From: a virus
Lineage: Duplodnaviria > Caudoviricetes
DNA length: 30,030 nt
Virus record (IMG/VR): IMGVR_UViG_3300044580_000067
Coordinates: 1 to 30,030 of that record
Reading direction: 5' to 3' (one strand)
The notes beneath the pieces were generated by a model. It did not search any database, had not been told where the DNA came from, and saw nothing but the letters and a program-made list of their open reading frames with translations. Position numbers and translations under genes: made by a program. Of the stretch, positions 1-7,875 are shown in pieces; within the stretch, counting starts at the first letter, position 1, and every line of letters begins with the position of its first letter.

Positions 1-38
1 TAAAGCCCGTTTACAACTTCAAAGCGGGCGGAGAATAA
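1..38 (+). CDS. rtcB: 3' end of a probable RtcB-family RNA ligase (truncated by window edge)
   Basis: Frame from nt 3 reads KPVYNFKAGGE-stop (TAA 36-38). KPVYNFKA matches the C-terminal motif I recall for a major RtcB subfamily. Only 11 codons are visible. Confidence 0.55.
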   Translation, partial: KPVYNFKAGGE

Positions 39-42
39 GAGT

Positions 43-101
43 TTCTAACAACTGCTTCAACTGGACAATCCTGACGGATGCAGGTTAAGCAAATGTTCGG
101 T
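43..101 (+). repeat. attC-like recombination site 1 (59 bp)
   Basis: R'' TTCTAAC (43-49), L'' GCTTCAAC (54-61), L' GTTAAGC (84-90), R' GTTCGGT (95-101). L'' is the reverse complement of L' plus one extra C, the extrahelical-base hallmark. The site starts 4 nt after a stop codon. Confidence 0.75.
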
Positions 102-161
102 GGACGCTCTGCGGCGTAACTGCGTTACACCGACAGCGCGCCAAGTTTTTGGCACGGATTA
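95..161 (+). repeat. Cassette 5' leader repeat, copy 1
   Basis: GTTCGGTGGACGC, then a variable hairpin, then CGCGCCAAGTTTTTGGCACGGATTA (137-161). Both blocks recur exactly at 425-437 and 474-498. Confidence 0.9.
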
Positions 162-175
162 CAGGAGGGAGGAAG

Positions 176-403
176 ATGGATCGTGAAAAGGCATTGGAAA
201 TAATTGAGAAGCTTGATAACTATGCAAGAGAAATCGACTGCTATGAATACGGGTTGCCTACTTTTCAGGACGAAAGAGAGGCAATGGTCGATATCGTGAT
301 GAGCTGTTTCGAAGGTGCCAAAAACACCGAACAAGCTAATCAACCTGACTCGCACATTATTCCGGGCAGAGTGTTGCCCTGTAACCGTACTGCATTTGTT
401 TGA
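176..403 (+). CDS. Small hypothetical protein carried on an attC-bounded cassette
   Basis: Strong RBS GGAGGGAGG before ATG 176 (MDREKALEII...). The ORF runs into the second attC-like site. Confidence 0.7.
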   Translation: MDREKALEIIEKLDNYAREIDCYEYGLPTFQDEREAMVDIVMSCFEGAKNTEQANQPDSHIIPGRVLPCNRTAFV

Positions 404-431
404 CGGCTCGCAGGTTATCAGCACGTTCGGT
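326..431 (+). repeat. attC-like recombination site 2 (106 bp)
   Basis: R'' ACCGAAC (326-332) is the exact reverse complement of R' GTTCGGT (425-431). GCTAATCAACCTG pairs with CAGGTTATCAGC with an extra C and one mismatch. Internal hairpin GGGCA/TGCCC. Confidence 0.75.
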
Positions 432-498
432 GGACGCTTTTACCGTCTAACCGCTTCGCTTATTAGACGGATACGCGCCAAGTTTTTGGCACGGATTA
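425..498 (+). repeat. Cassette 5' leader repeat, copy 2
   Basis: Same 13-bp and 25-bp blocks as 95-161, flanking a different hairpin (CCGTCTAA...TTAGACGG). Confidence 0.9.
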
Positions 499-595
499 AA
501 CGGAGCTGGTTGCTATTTCGTCAAGAACGAAACAGGAAGGATTGTTGGCCCGTATCCCGACATCACAGACTGGAAAGCGGATTTGCAGTCAATGA

Positions 596-889
596 TTGAC
601 ACATAAGACTAGACGTGATAAACTACGGCTAGTCCATATATATGATGAAAGGCTGTTTACAAGGACAGACTTGGATTTGTTAATGCAGGAAACAAGAAAC
701 AACAGGATAGCGCTTATAGCTGATTACATAATGATAAAACAGAAAAGGGATAAGAATACCGGAGGGAACAATAGCAAGAAGACAGCGAGGAAGATCGGAC
801 TCGCAGATGAAATAATGAAGCAGAAATGGGGTAAATACTACGAGTATGATAGGGAAAAGAATATACCGAAAATACTATACAAAAGATAG
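596..889 (+). pseudogene. Probable C-terminal remnant of a GREB1-like/TET-associated glycosyltransferase
   Basis: YDERL..RTDLDLLMQ, KNTGGN and KWGKY resemble the C-terminal half of phage TAGT/GREB1-like proteins. Too short for the full fold and lacks a good start or RBS. Confidence 0.45.
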
Positions 890-895
890 AAAAAT

Positions 896-926
896 ACTAG
901 ACAAATAATCCACTATGTGTTACCAT
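896..926 (+). promoter_or_regulatory. sigma70-type promoter with -35 TAGACA
   Basis: ACTAGACA (896-903), 17 nt spacer, TACCAT (921-926), upstream of RBS GGAGG. Confidence 0.7.
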
Positions 927-946
927 TGATAGTGGAGGAAAGAGAT

Positions 947-1501
947 ATGGAGCTACTTACGAAAAGCGGTTATCCTTTATTGACGATTGCTTCTTTATAT
1001 CAAAAGGCGATTAGGCGAGGGGACGCCAAACTTGCCGGGTTTGCGGCTTGCGAGATATGGGATAGATACCCGGAATACCTATGGAAGCGCACATTGGTTA
1101 TAAGCGCCGAGGACTGCGACGGCCTGGTAACTACCGAGATTGAGTCCCTATATCGATCAGACAAGATCATAAACGCAGGGAAAAAGGCATGGGAGAAAAG
1201 GACTCGAGTTTTCCTTGGGAAAGCAGTTACGATACTGCTAAAGGTTGGAAAATGCAGGGACGCCGATCATTTTACCAACTTCTTAATGACTAACCCCGAG
1301 CTAACGGCGCAGACAGTAGAGGAAATAGAATTAGAAAACAAGGCCCCAAAAACAATACCGGCCTACGTATATGACGTTCACACTGCCGAGGGAAAGAGAG
1401 CAGGAAAAACGAAAAAGGACTTTTTCAAGGAAGAGTTTGAAGCCTTGAAGAACCGCCAGCCAGGGTTATTTGATGATATGGTGGGTGAAGTATGCCGCTG
1501 A
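947..1501 (+). CDS. Phage protein with MgsA/RarA C-terminal-like helical domain
   Basis: SLYQKAIRRGD...LWKRTLVISAED resembles the RarA C-terminal SALxKSIRGSD..RRLxxxAsED motif. No Walker A. RBS GGAGG before ATG 947. Confidence 0.65.
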   Translation: MELLTKSGYPLLTIASLYQKAIRRGDAKLAGFAACEIWDRYPEYLWKRTLVISAEDCDGLVTTEIESLYRSDKIINAGKKAWEKRTRVFLGKAVTILLKVGKCRDADHFTNFLMTNPELTAQTVEEIELENKAPKTIPAYVYDVHTAEGKRAGKTKKDFFKEEFEALKNRQPGLFDDMVGEVCR

Positions 1502-1659
1502 TCAACAGGAAGGAGCAAAGGATACGGGCAGAGAAGGTCCGGGGATACATGGCACTGGGAATGCAGAGCGACGAGATCATCGAAGCCATGCAGAGGGAAT
1601 ACAAAATGAACCGATCCACGGTGTATAATTACATAAAGAAGGTGAAGAAGAATGGGTAA
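1492..1659 (+). CDS. Small helix-turn-helix DNA-binding protein (55 aa, not in ORF track)
   Basis: MPLINRKEQRIRAEKVRGYMALGMQSDEIIEAMQREYKMNRSTVYNYIKKVKKNG. STVYNYIK is a recognition-helix pattern. The gene overlaps both neighbours. Confidence 0.7.
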   Translation: MPLINRKEQRIRAEKVRGYMALGMQSDEIIEAMQREYKMNRSTVYNYIKKVKKNG

Positions 1660-2083
1660 GCATCCGGGCGGTAGGCCGACAAAATACGATTCACAGTATG
1701 CAGAACTACTGCCCGAGATGTTCAAGGACGGCCAATCAGTTGTAGAGGTCTGCGTTGCGTTAGGGATACACAAGGACACATTTTACGAATGGTGCGCCAA
1801 GCACAAAGAGTTTTCCGACGCCTACGCCCTCGGGTTGATGTATTCAGAAGCATGGTGGCAGAAGCTCGGCAGGGCGGGCGCGGCTGGCGGAAAGGTAAGC
1901 CCTCCGTTATGGCGAATGAACATGATGAACCGATTCAAATGGTCTGACAGGATAGACGTATCGGAGGATATAAGGAAGGCCGACTTTAAGGATGTAGCCG
2001 ATCCTGACCTTGCGAGTAAGAGTTACGATGAACGGGTGAAGATGGTTAAGGAATGGTTGTCACGAAACAATGATAACGAGTGA
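1652..2083 (+). CDS. terS: Terminase small subunit
   Basis: N-terminal GRPTKY, HTH-like LGIHKDTFYEW and EFSDAY. Directly upstream of TerL. Confidence 0.85.
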   Translation: MGKHPGGRPTKYDSQYAELLPEMFKDGQSVVEVCVALGIHKDTFYEWCAKHKEFSDAYALGLMYSEAWWQKLGRAGAAGGKVSPPLWRMNMMNRFKWSDRIDVSEDIRKADFKDVADPDLASKSYDERVKMVKEWLSRNNDNE

Positions 2084-3389
2084 GGAGCAATTCCTAGAAA
2101 TAACCGCCCAGCTTGCCAGGGAAGAAGTTGCGCCGAAGTTTAATGAGTGGCGCAAGCCGTATGCCTATAAGATCGCCTATGGCGGGCGCGGGGCTGGAGC
2201 CAAGACCGAATCTGCAATGTCCCTTGCGGTGCAATTCGGGGAGAATCCGCAGTATTTCGGTAATAGGGTGAATATCATAATCACCCGAGAGATACAAAAC
2301 ACCATCGATCTGTCATCCTTTGAAGCGGTAAAGAAGAAAGTCCAAACCCTTGGATATTCAGGATGGCGAATAACTAATAAGTACATCGAAAACACGAAAA
2401 ATGGCTCGCGGATTTCGTTTCGAGGTCTATCTGATCTTACCGCGGACAACTTTCGATCACTACAGGACGTAGACATTCTGGTCTGCGAGGAAGCGCACGG
2501 CATTGGATATAAGGCATGGAATACTGTCCTACCGTCGATGCGAAAGGCAAAGGCCGAGGTGTGGGTGTTGTTTAACCGCGTGCTTGAGATAGACCCATGC
2601 TATGATATATTTGTGCTAAACGAAAGGCCGAATAGTTGTATACTTGCGTTAGAGCCTGGGAATATAGACAATCCGTGGTTTGATCTTTCATCGCTACCAG
2701 AAAAGCGCGCGGCTGATTATGCCCGCGACCCAGACGAAGCCGCACATATATGGGAAGGATTGCCGAGAAAGCAGGGCGCAAATGCTGTTATGAACCGTCT
2801 TGATGTACTCGCGGCTATGGAAAGGAAAATCGAAAACCCCGAAGGAGACGATGCTATAGGAGTAGACGTAGCGCGGTTTGGAAGCGACTCGACGCAGATA
2901 TATCGGCGAAAAGGGTTAAAGGTTATTGCAGGGGAAACAATGACCGGGGTTGATACCGTACAGATAGCAAATAAGGCGTGGGAGATTGGCGGGATAGATA
3001 TAAAGTACAACATCGACGGCGGTTATAACCCAGGTTTGATAGATGTTATGCGCGGACGAGGGGCAGACGTTACGGAAATACAGTTCGGCGGTCGCCCGAG
3101 CAAGCCGGACGAATATGCAAACCTAGCGACTGAAATGTGGTTTGAGTTTCCCGTCAAGGAAGCCGACATTCCGAATGATAAAGAGCTACTGGTACAGCTA
3201 ACCGATAGGCGATATGGGTATGACAGCAAGGGGCGAAAAATAATCGAGCCGAAAGATGCGTACAAGAAGCGGAACGGAGGAAAGTCGCCCGATAAAGCCG
3301 ACGCGCTTATAATGGCCTACTATAGGCCGAAGAAAATCGTAGACGATGACATACGCGCACAAATGGCCGCGCTCCGCGCAAGGAACTGA
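2070..3389 (+). CDS. terL: Terminase large subunit (PBSX-type)
   Basis: GGRGAGAKT Walker A, LVCEEAH Walker B, GVDVARFGSD and SPDKADAL nuclease motifs. Confidence 0.95.
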   Translation: MITSEEQFLEITAQLAREEVAPKFNEWRKPYAYKIAYGGRGAGAKTESAMSLAVQFGENPQYFGNRVNIIITREIQNTIDLSSFEAVKKKVQTLGYSGWRITNKYIENTKNGSRISFRGLSDLTADNFRSLQDVDILVCEEAHGIGYKAWNTVLPSMRKAKAEVWVLFNRVLEIDPCYDIFVLNERPNSCILALEPGNIDNPWFDLSSLPEKRAADYARDPDEAAHIWEGLPRKQGANAVMNRLDVLAAMERKIENPEGDDAIGVDVARFGSDSTQIYRRKGLKVIAGETMTGVDTVQIANKAWEIGGIDIKYNIDGGYNPGLIDVMRGRGADVTEIQFGGRPSKPDEYANLATEMWFEFPVKEADIPNDKELLVQLTDRRYGYDSKGRKIIEPKDAYKKRNGGKSPDKADALIMAYYRPKKIVDDDIRAQMAALRARN

Positions 3390-3419
3390 CAGAACACCGT
3401 ATACCGTGGTATAATACCG
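3386..3419 (+). promoter_or_regulatory. Promoter for portal operon; -10 embedded in a palindrome
   Basis: CTGACA (3386-3391) then TGG-TATAAT (3410-3415). The 14-mer GTGGTATAATACCG is shared with 5874-5887. Confidence 0.6.
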
Positions 3420-3435
3420 CACGAGAGGTGAAAAG

Positions 3436-4848
3436 ATGGGACTGTATTCAAGTTTCCGCGAGTTCTTCGCCAGGCGAACCAGGGACAACGATGTATCGAG
3501 AACCCAGCCATTGCGCCCGTATGAAAGGGACAATACGGGTGGAATGCCGATAAACGAAAAGCTGATAACGGGGTTATATCGCGGAACGAATGAGGGCCTA
3601 CAGTTTGCCTCTCCGCTTGCGGTAACTCCCGTCAATGTCCCTGTAAACCTTGTTTCGATCCCAACGCCTACTGCGAATGATGAGATAACCAAGGAAAGGA
3701 TAAAACGTCTTATTGATGAGAAGAAAGAGGATTTTCCGATCATCGAGAGAACCAAGTGCGCCTATGGAACGGCCTGGCGTTGGGCCTGGTACGATAGCAA
3801 AAACATGGCGCTTGTTTGGGAGGCAATACCGGACGCTTCAATTTGCGATATAGAGGTCGATACCTTGAGCGGCGAGATAAACGCCATCTATACGCACGAT
3901 CGCTTCAAAATAGCCGTTGGAGAAAACAAGGCGGCTTATGTTGAGCGTAGGAGGAAGATAACTCGGGAACAGGTAACGGTTAAGTGGGAAGGGGACGCGA
4001 ACGCACGAGGGACGAATCTTTCGTACACTGGCAGGAACGTATTCGGGACGATGCCAATTCCGTTCGGGCGAGACTGCGGAGAGAATGAGCATCGAGGCCA
4101 TTCCGTTCTTGCGAGGAACATGAGATCATATCGCGCTCTACATGAGATCGAGCTAAAGCGGGCGCAGATACTTGCAGACTTCAACCCGAAATTAAATATA
4201 AAAACGACAAGCGTTAAGAGCTGGCTTGATAATAACGGGCTTACGGACATACTTCACGCCAACGATACGGTATTCGAGTCTCGACTTTATATCGGAGAGA
4301 AAGACGACACGATTGATATAACTTATTTGCCGTCAGACGCAACCAAGCCCCATTCGGACGCGATCAAGGAGCTTACGCATAAGATCGTGATAGGCTCCGA
4401 GGTGCCGGAGATATTCTGGGGAACCCTAGCAACCGGAAACGAGGCGTCGGTAGACTCTCACCGTGATCTGGCGAGCCAGTACATAGCCGCGCTCCGTGAT
4501 GAGGATTCGCGCCCTTACGAGCGGCTTTTCAACGACTCATTGCGGATACTCTCATTCGTAGAGCAGACAAGGTACGGCGCTGTAACGATGGGATGGGGAC
4601 GTTTCGAGATGGTTTCCACGCTTGTTAAGTCGCAGATACTGGCGAACGTTTCGGCGGCTATCTCGCAGATCGTAACCAATGCCGGAGGGACGAAAGAGGA
4701 CGTGCTGTACTTCTGGCGAATGTTCTTCCCCGATCTACCAGAGACGGACATATCAGCGTTTACGGCAGGAATCAAGGACATGGCTAAACACGCGGCCTTC
4801 GCGCGAACCGATATGTACGGGCAGACGGGAAGCAATGACGAGGAGTGA
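3436..4848 (+). CDS. Portal protein
   Basis: 470 aa, immediately after TerL, RBS GAGGTG. The VPEIFWG..ATGNEAS pattern is portal-like. Confidence 0.8.
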   Translation: MGLYSSFREFFARRTRDNDVSRTQPLRPYERDNTGGMPINEKLITGLYRGTNEGLQFASPLAVTPVNVPVNLVSIPTPTANDEITKERIKRLIDEKKEDFPIIERTKCAYGTAWRWAWYDSKNMALVWEAIPDASICDIEVDTLSGEINAIYTHDRFKIAVGENKAAYVERRRKITREQVTVKWEGDANARGTNLSYTGRNVFGTMPIPFGRDCGENEHRGHSVLARNMRSYRALHEIELKRAQILADFNPKLNIKTTSVKSWLDNNGLTDILHANDTVFESRLYIGEKDDTIDITYLPSDATKPHSDAIKELTHKIVIGSEVPEIFWGTLATGNEASVDSHRDLASQYIAALRDEDSRPYERLFNDSLRILSFVEQTRYGAVTMGWGRFEMVSTLVKSQILANVSAAISQIVTNAGGTKEDVLYFWRMFFPDLPETDISAFTAGIKDMAKHAAFARTDMYGQTGSNDEE

Positions 4849-5824
4849 GTATAGCCGAAAGAAGGCGGCGGTACGAAATGCGGGATTGAAGGAGACAATG
4901 GCAAGGATAGCCGAGGCTCGTCGTATGTATCGCCGACAGCTTGAGAAGGTGAACCGTGTCGTCGTGAAATTACCGAAGGGAAAGCTGTCGGAAGAAAGCA
5001 TCGCGCGGATTGACGGAGTGATAGACAAGCGTGAGTGCGTAGAGAAGTTGACCGCGATTGTTTCCGGGGCGAGCCTAAAGATGGCGCGACGTGTTGTATC
5101 TGTAGACGCAGACTATATTACGGACGCAGGGAAGGAAGCCGGGGTAGAGTTTAGCGGACTTAAAGAAGCATTTGACCGGATCGCGCGTAAAGCGACCGAG
5201 AGGAACAGGCGCACTGCTTTTGTTTTTAGAAACTCCACGAAGTACAATCTGTCAGAAGCGGTTTGGAACGCAGTAGAGGGGTTCAGCGACAAACTGAAAG
5301 CTGTAGTAGAAGCCGAGTTTGCGCGAGGGACAGACCCAGTGAAGATTGCAAGACTGCTGGAAGAATATCTGGAAAGCGGGGATGAAGGTATCATCCTTGG
5401 GAGATGGGGAGAGATGGAACCAGGGATGAGCGACTACCGGAAACGTATCGGGCGCGGAGGTGCAGACTTTCGCACACAGCGGCTTGTGAGAACCGAGATT
5501 TTCAATTCTATCCGTAACGCAGATATACGGTCAGGCGCGGCGAATCCAGGGACAACGGGGAAGTGGCGATGGGTGATGGTGGCTTCGCGTGGGGACTGGG
5601 ACTGCGATTGTCCAAGCCGCGCCGCAGGAGGGCCGTATACCCAGGAGCGCGTTCAAGAGCTTGTAGACACTGCACACCCAAATTGCTTTTGTCGAATCGA
5701 GCCAGAGCTAATGGAACACGACGCTTTCATCGAATCGCTACTAGACTACGTTGACGGGAAAGATACAGCAGGAGCGCGCAGAGTAGAGGAATGGTCAGGA
5801 CAATATGACGTTATAGCGGCGTAG
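4835..5824 (+). CDS. Head morphogenesis protein (MuF/SPP1 gp7-like)
   Basis: RLVRTE and C..C...HPNCFC motifs. Follows the portal gene; ATG 4835 overlaps the portal end. Confidence 0.8.
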   Translation: MTRSEYSRKKAAVRNAGLKETMARIAEARRMYRRQLEKVNRVVVKLPKGKLSEESIARIDGVIDKRECVEKLTAIVSGASLKMARRVVSVDADYITDAGKEAGVEFSGLKEAFDRIARKATERNRRTAFVFRNSTKYNLSEAVWNAVEGFSDKLKAVVEAEFARGTDPVKIARLLEEYLESGDEGIILGRWGEMEPGMSDYRKRIGRGGADFRTQRLVRTEIFNSIRNADIRSGAANPGTTGKWRWVMVASRGDWDCDCPSRAAGGPYTQERVQELVDTAHPNCFCRIEPELMEHDAFIESLLDYVDGKDTAGARRVEEWSGQYDVIAA

Positions 5825-5854
5825 GTGATATAAAAAGCGAAATAACGCTATACA

Positions 5855-5887
5855 TTGCGTGAAATGCAAAGGAGTGGTATAATACCG
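5855..5887 (+). promoter_or_regulatory. Promoter for head operon, probably leaderless transcript
   Basis: TTGCGT (5855-5860), 17 nt spacer, TATAAT (5878-5883). ATG 5890 lies 6 nt downstream, leaving no room for an SD. Confidence 0.65.
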
Positions 5888-5889
5888 AC

Positions 5890-7320
5890 ATGAACAGAAT
5901 TATGGACAAGCCGGTGTTCTTGAACCTCAAGAAACCGGAAAACAGTTCGATCGCGATGCCGAACATCGAGGACGTTCCGATTCTGTTGAACGCCAAGGCC
6001 CTACAGGAGATTCAGCGCGACGATAACGAGCCTTACTACAAGGTGGAAGCCATCGAGTTCCCTTGCGAGGGTACGGGCGGCATATACGAGAAAAGTTTTT
6101 TCAAGAGCTTCATAGATGTTACCAAAAATCGCCCGATCCCAGGAAGCAAGCGCGGCCACGAGTTCACGTCGCGCCCCTCGACCGACTTCTATATGGTTGG
6201 CGGGAGTATTGTGGAGAACGAGGACAAGAAAAGCGGCGTTGCCTATTTCAAGATGTACATACCCAAGAAGGGAGATACGACGGACAACTACGGGTTTATG
6301 CGGGACTGCCGGGCGAACATCGTTCACTTCTCGCTCGTAACCCAGCCCGAGTACAACGTCAGGCGCGACGAGGACGGGCAGGAGAGGCGGCACTTCATAC
6401 GCCATGTCGCGTATGAACGAAACGACGCGGTAGAATACGGAGCAGGGGCAATGAGCCAGGTGGTGAATGCCGCGAACGCTTCGGGCGACAAGGTTCAGGG
6501 CAAGAGCGTCGCGAAGGCAAAGCGGCTAATCGAGGCGGGCAACTACGATTCATCGTCCTCGTGGAGTTTCAGCGCGGCCGACGGCGACAAGATGCTCGGT
6601 TCAGAAAAAGACGACTGGGGCAATTACGCTTCCTGGCACATGGTCGAGGACACGACCGCGAGCGAGGAAACGAAGGCGAGATATAAGTATCCCTACGGGA
6701 AGAACGGAAAGGTGTATCGTTCCGCGCTACGCGCTATAGCGTCCCGCGCCGCGACCGCCGATCTGAACGAACTGTCGGATACGGCAACGGAGCTGATAAA
6801 GCTCATAGACGAGAAACGTAAATCAAACGGAGGACGAAAGATGGAACTGAACGAAGCCATCGAAACCGTCGGTAACGCCATCTCGAACGGTGCGGCCAAG
6901 ATAACCGACATCGCCAAGTCGTGCGGATTCGCCGACAAGATGCGTAACGAGACGGACGAGAAGAACGCAGAGATCGCCAGGTACGTCAACGAAAAGTTCG
7001 GGGACAAGTACAAGGACAAGATCGAGGGCATGATCGACGAGAACAAGAAGAACGCCGAAGCCATCGCCAGGGCCGCCGTGATCGAAGCCTACGGGAACGC
7101 CGAGGAAACCATCGGCGACAAGAAGGTGGAGAACGCCGCGCATACCTACGCGATGAAGGTATGCAACGGCAAGACGGGAGACGATCTAAAAGCGGCCATC
7201 GAATCGCTCAAGAACGATTCCGTCATGTCGGTGATTCTCGCGAGTCGCGCTGACCCTTTCAACAAGGTCAATGCGATCGAGTCGAACGGAAACGGTGATC
7301 GTAAGATCATCGAAGCGTAA
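5890..7320 (+). CDS. Prohead protease-scaffold fusion protein
   Basis: Lies between MuF and capsid genes. N-terminal domain has candidate His/Ser (RGHEF, HFSLV); C-terminus is helical and charged. Confidence 0.65.
   Translation: MNRIMDKPVFLNLKKPENSSIAMPNIEDVPILLNAKALQEIQRDDNEPYYKVEAIEFPCEGTGGIYEKSFFKSFIDVTKNRPIPGSKRGHEFTSRPSTDFYMVGGSIVENEDKKSGVAYFKMYIPKKGDTTDNYGFMRDCRANIVHFSLVTQPEYNVRRDEDGQERRHFIRHVAYERNDAVEYGAGAMSQVVNAANASGDKVQGKSVAKAKRLIEAGNYDSSSSWSFSAADGDKMLGSEKDDWGNYASWHMVEDTTASEETKARYKYPYGKNGKVYRSALRAIASRAATADLNELSDTATELIKLIDEKRKSNGGRKMELNEAIETVGNAISNGAAKITDIAKSCGFADKMRNETDEKNAEIARYVNEKFGDKYKDKIEGMIDENKKNAEAIARAAVIEAYGNAEETIGDKKVENAAHTYAMKVCNGKTGDDLKAAIESLKNDSVMSVILASRADPFNKVNAIESNGNGDRKIIEA
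6841..7320 (+). CDS. Nested in-frame scaffolding protein
   Basis: Internal RBS GGAGG (6829-6833) before in-frame ATG 6841 (MELNEAIE...). Ala/Glu/Lys-rich helical product. Confidence 0.6.
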   Translation: MELNEAIETVGNAISNGAAKITDIAKSCGFADKMRNETDEKNAEIARYVNEKFGDKYKDKIEGMIDENKKNAEAIARAAVIEAYGNAEETIGDKKVENAAHTYAMKVCNGKTGDDLKAAIESLKNDSVMSVILASRADPFNKVNAIESNGNGDRKIIEA

Positions 7321-7331
7321 GGAGGAAGAAT

Positions 7332-7856
7332 ATGGCTAAAGCCTATGTAGTCAAGGGAAAGAACGATCACGTTAGGCTGTATAACGGAACCGGTTCTGCC
7401 ATTAAGCAGGGTGACTTCGTTGTCCTGGGTGATCTGTGCGGCGTTGCCGACGAGGACATCGACAACCTTACGGTTGGTTCGGTTCACGTCGAGGAAGGTC
7501 TTATCGTCCAGGCGAGCGAGTTCGTAACTGGCGAGAATACGTTCAACACCCCGCATCAAACGGTGTACCTCGACCCGATCAGCGGGGACTTTTCGGATAC
7601 GTCCAATGCCGGGTACAAGGCGGTGGGGCAACTCATCGAGGTCAAGGATTCTGGCGGGGTGATTCGGTTCAGCAAGTACCGAAGGGCAGTTACCGTCGGT
7701 GAGCCGATAAGGATTACCCTCTCGCAGATCACCGACATCGGGAACCTCGCCCTCGGAGACCTCGCCGACGTCAATCTCGCCGGAGTCACGGACAATGATC
7801 GCTTGGCTTACGACTCTGCCACTTCCAAGTGGATTCCCGAAGCGGTCGCCGACTAA
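7332..7856 (+). CDS. DUF2190-like capsid decoration/cement protein with C-terminal extension
   Basis: AIKQGDFVVLGDLCGVADEDI...G.VHVEEG matches the DUF2190 pattern. Strong RBS GGAGG, directly before the capsid gene. Confidence 0.7.
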   Translation: MAKAYVVKGKNDHVRLYNGTGSAIKQGDFVVLGDLCGVADEDIDNLTVGSVHVEEGLIVQASEFVTGENTFNTPHQTVYLDPISGDFSDTSNAGYKAVGQLIEVKDSGGVIRFSKYRRAVTVGEPIRITLSQITDIGNLALGDLADVNLAGVTDNDRLAYDSATSKWIPEAVAD

Positions 7857-7875
7857 CGGCAAAGGAGAAAAAAGA

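Noticed and set aside
95-498. CRISPR mini-array interpretation of the direct repeats
   Set aside because: Only two copies, about 330 bp apart with a gene between them, and no cas genes. The attC/cassette model fits better.
315-599. 94-aa ORF spanning attC-like site 2
   Set aside because: It overlaps the better-supported ORF 176-403 and crosses structured repeats with no RBS, so it is likely spurious.
608-646. Fifth ACTAGAC promoter
   Set aside because: It reads ACTAGACG and has no TAnnnT at 17-nt spacing. It is part of a small inverted repeat instead.
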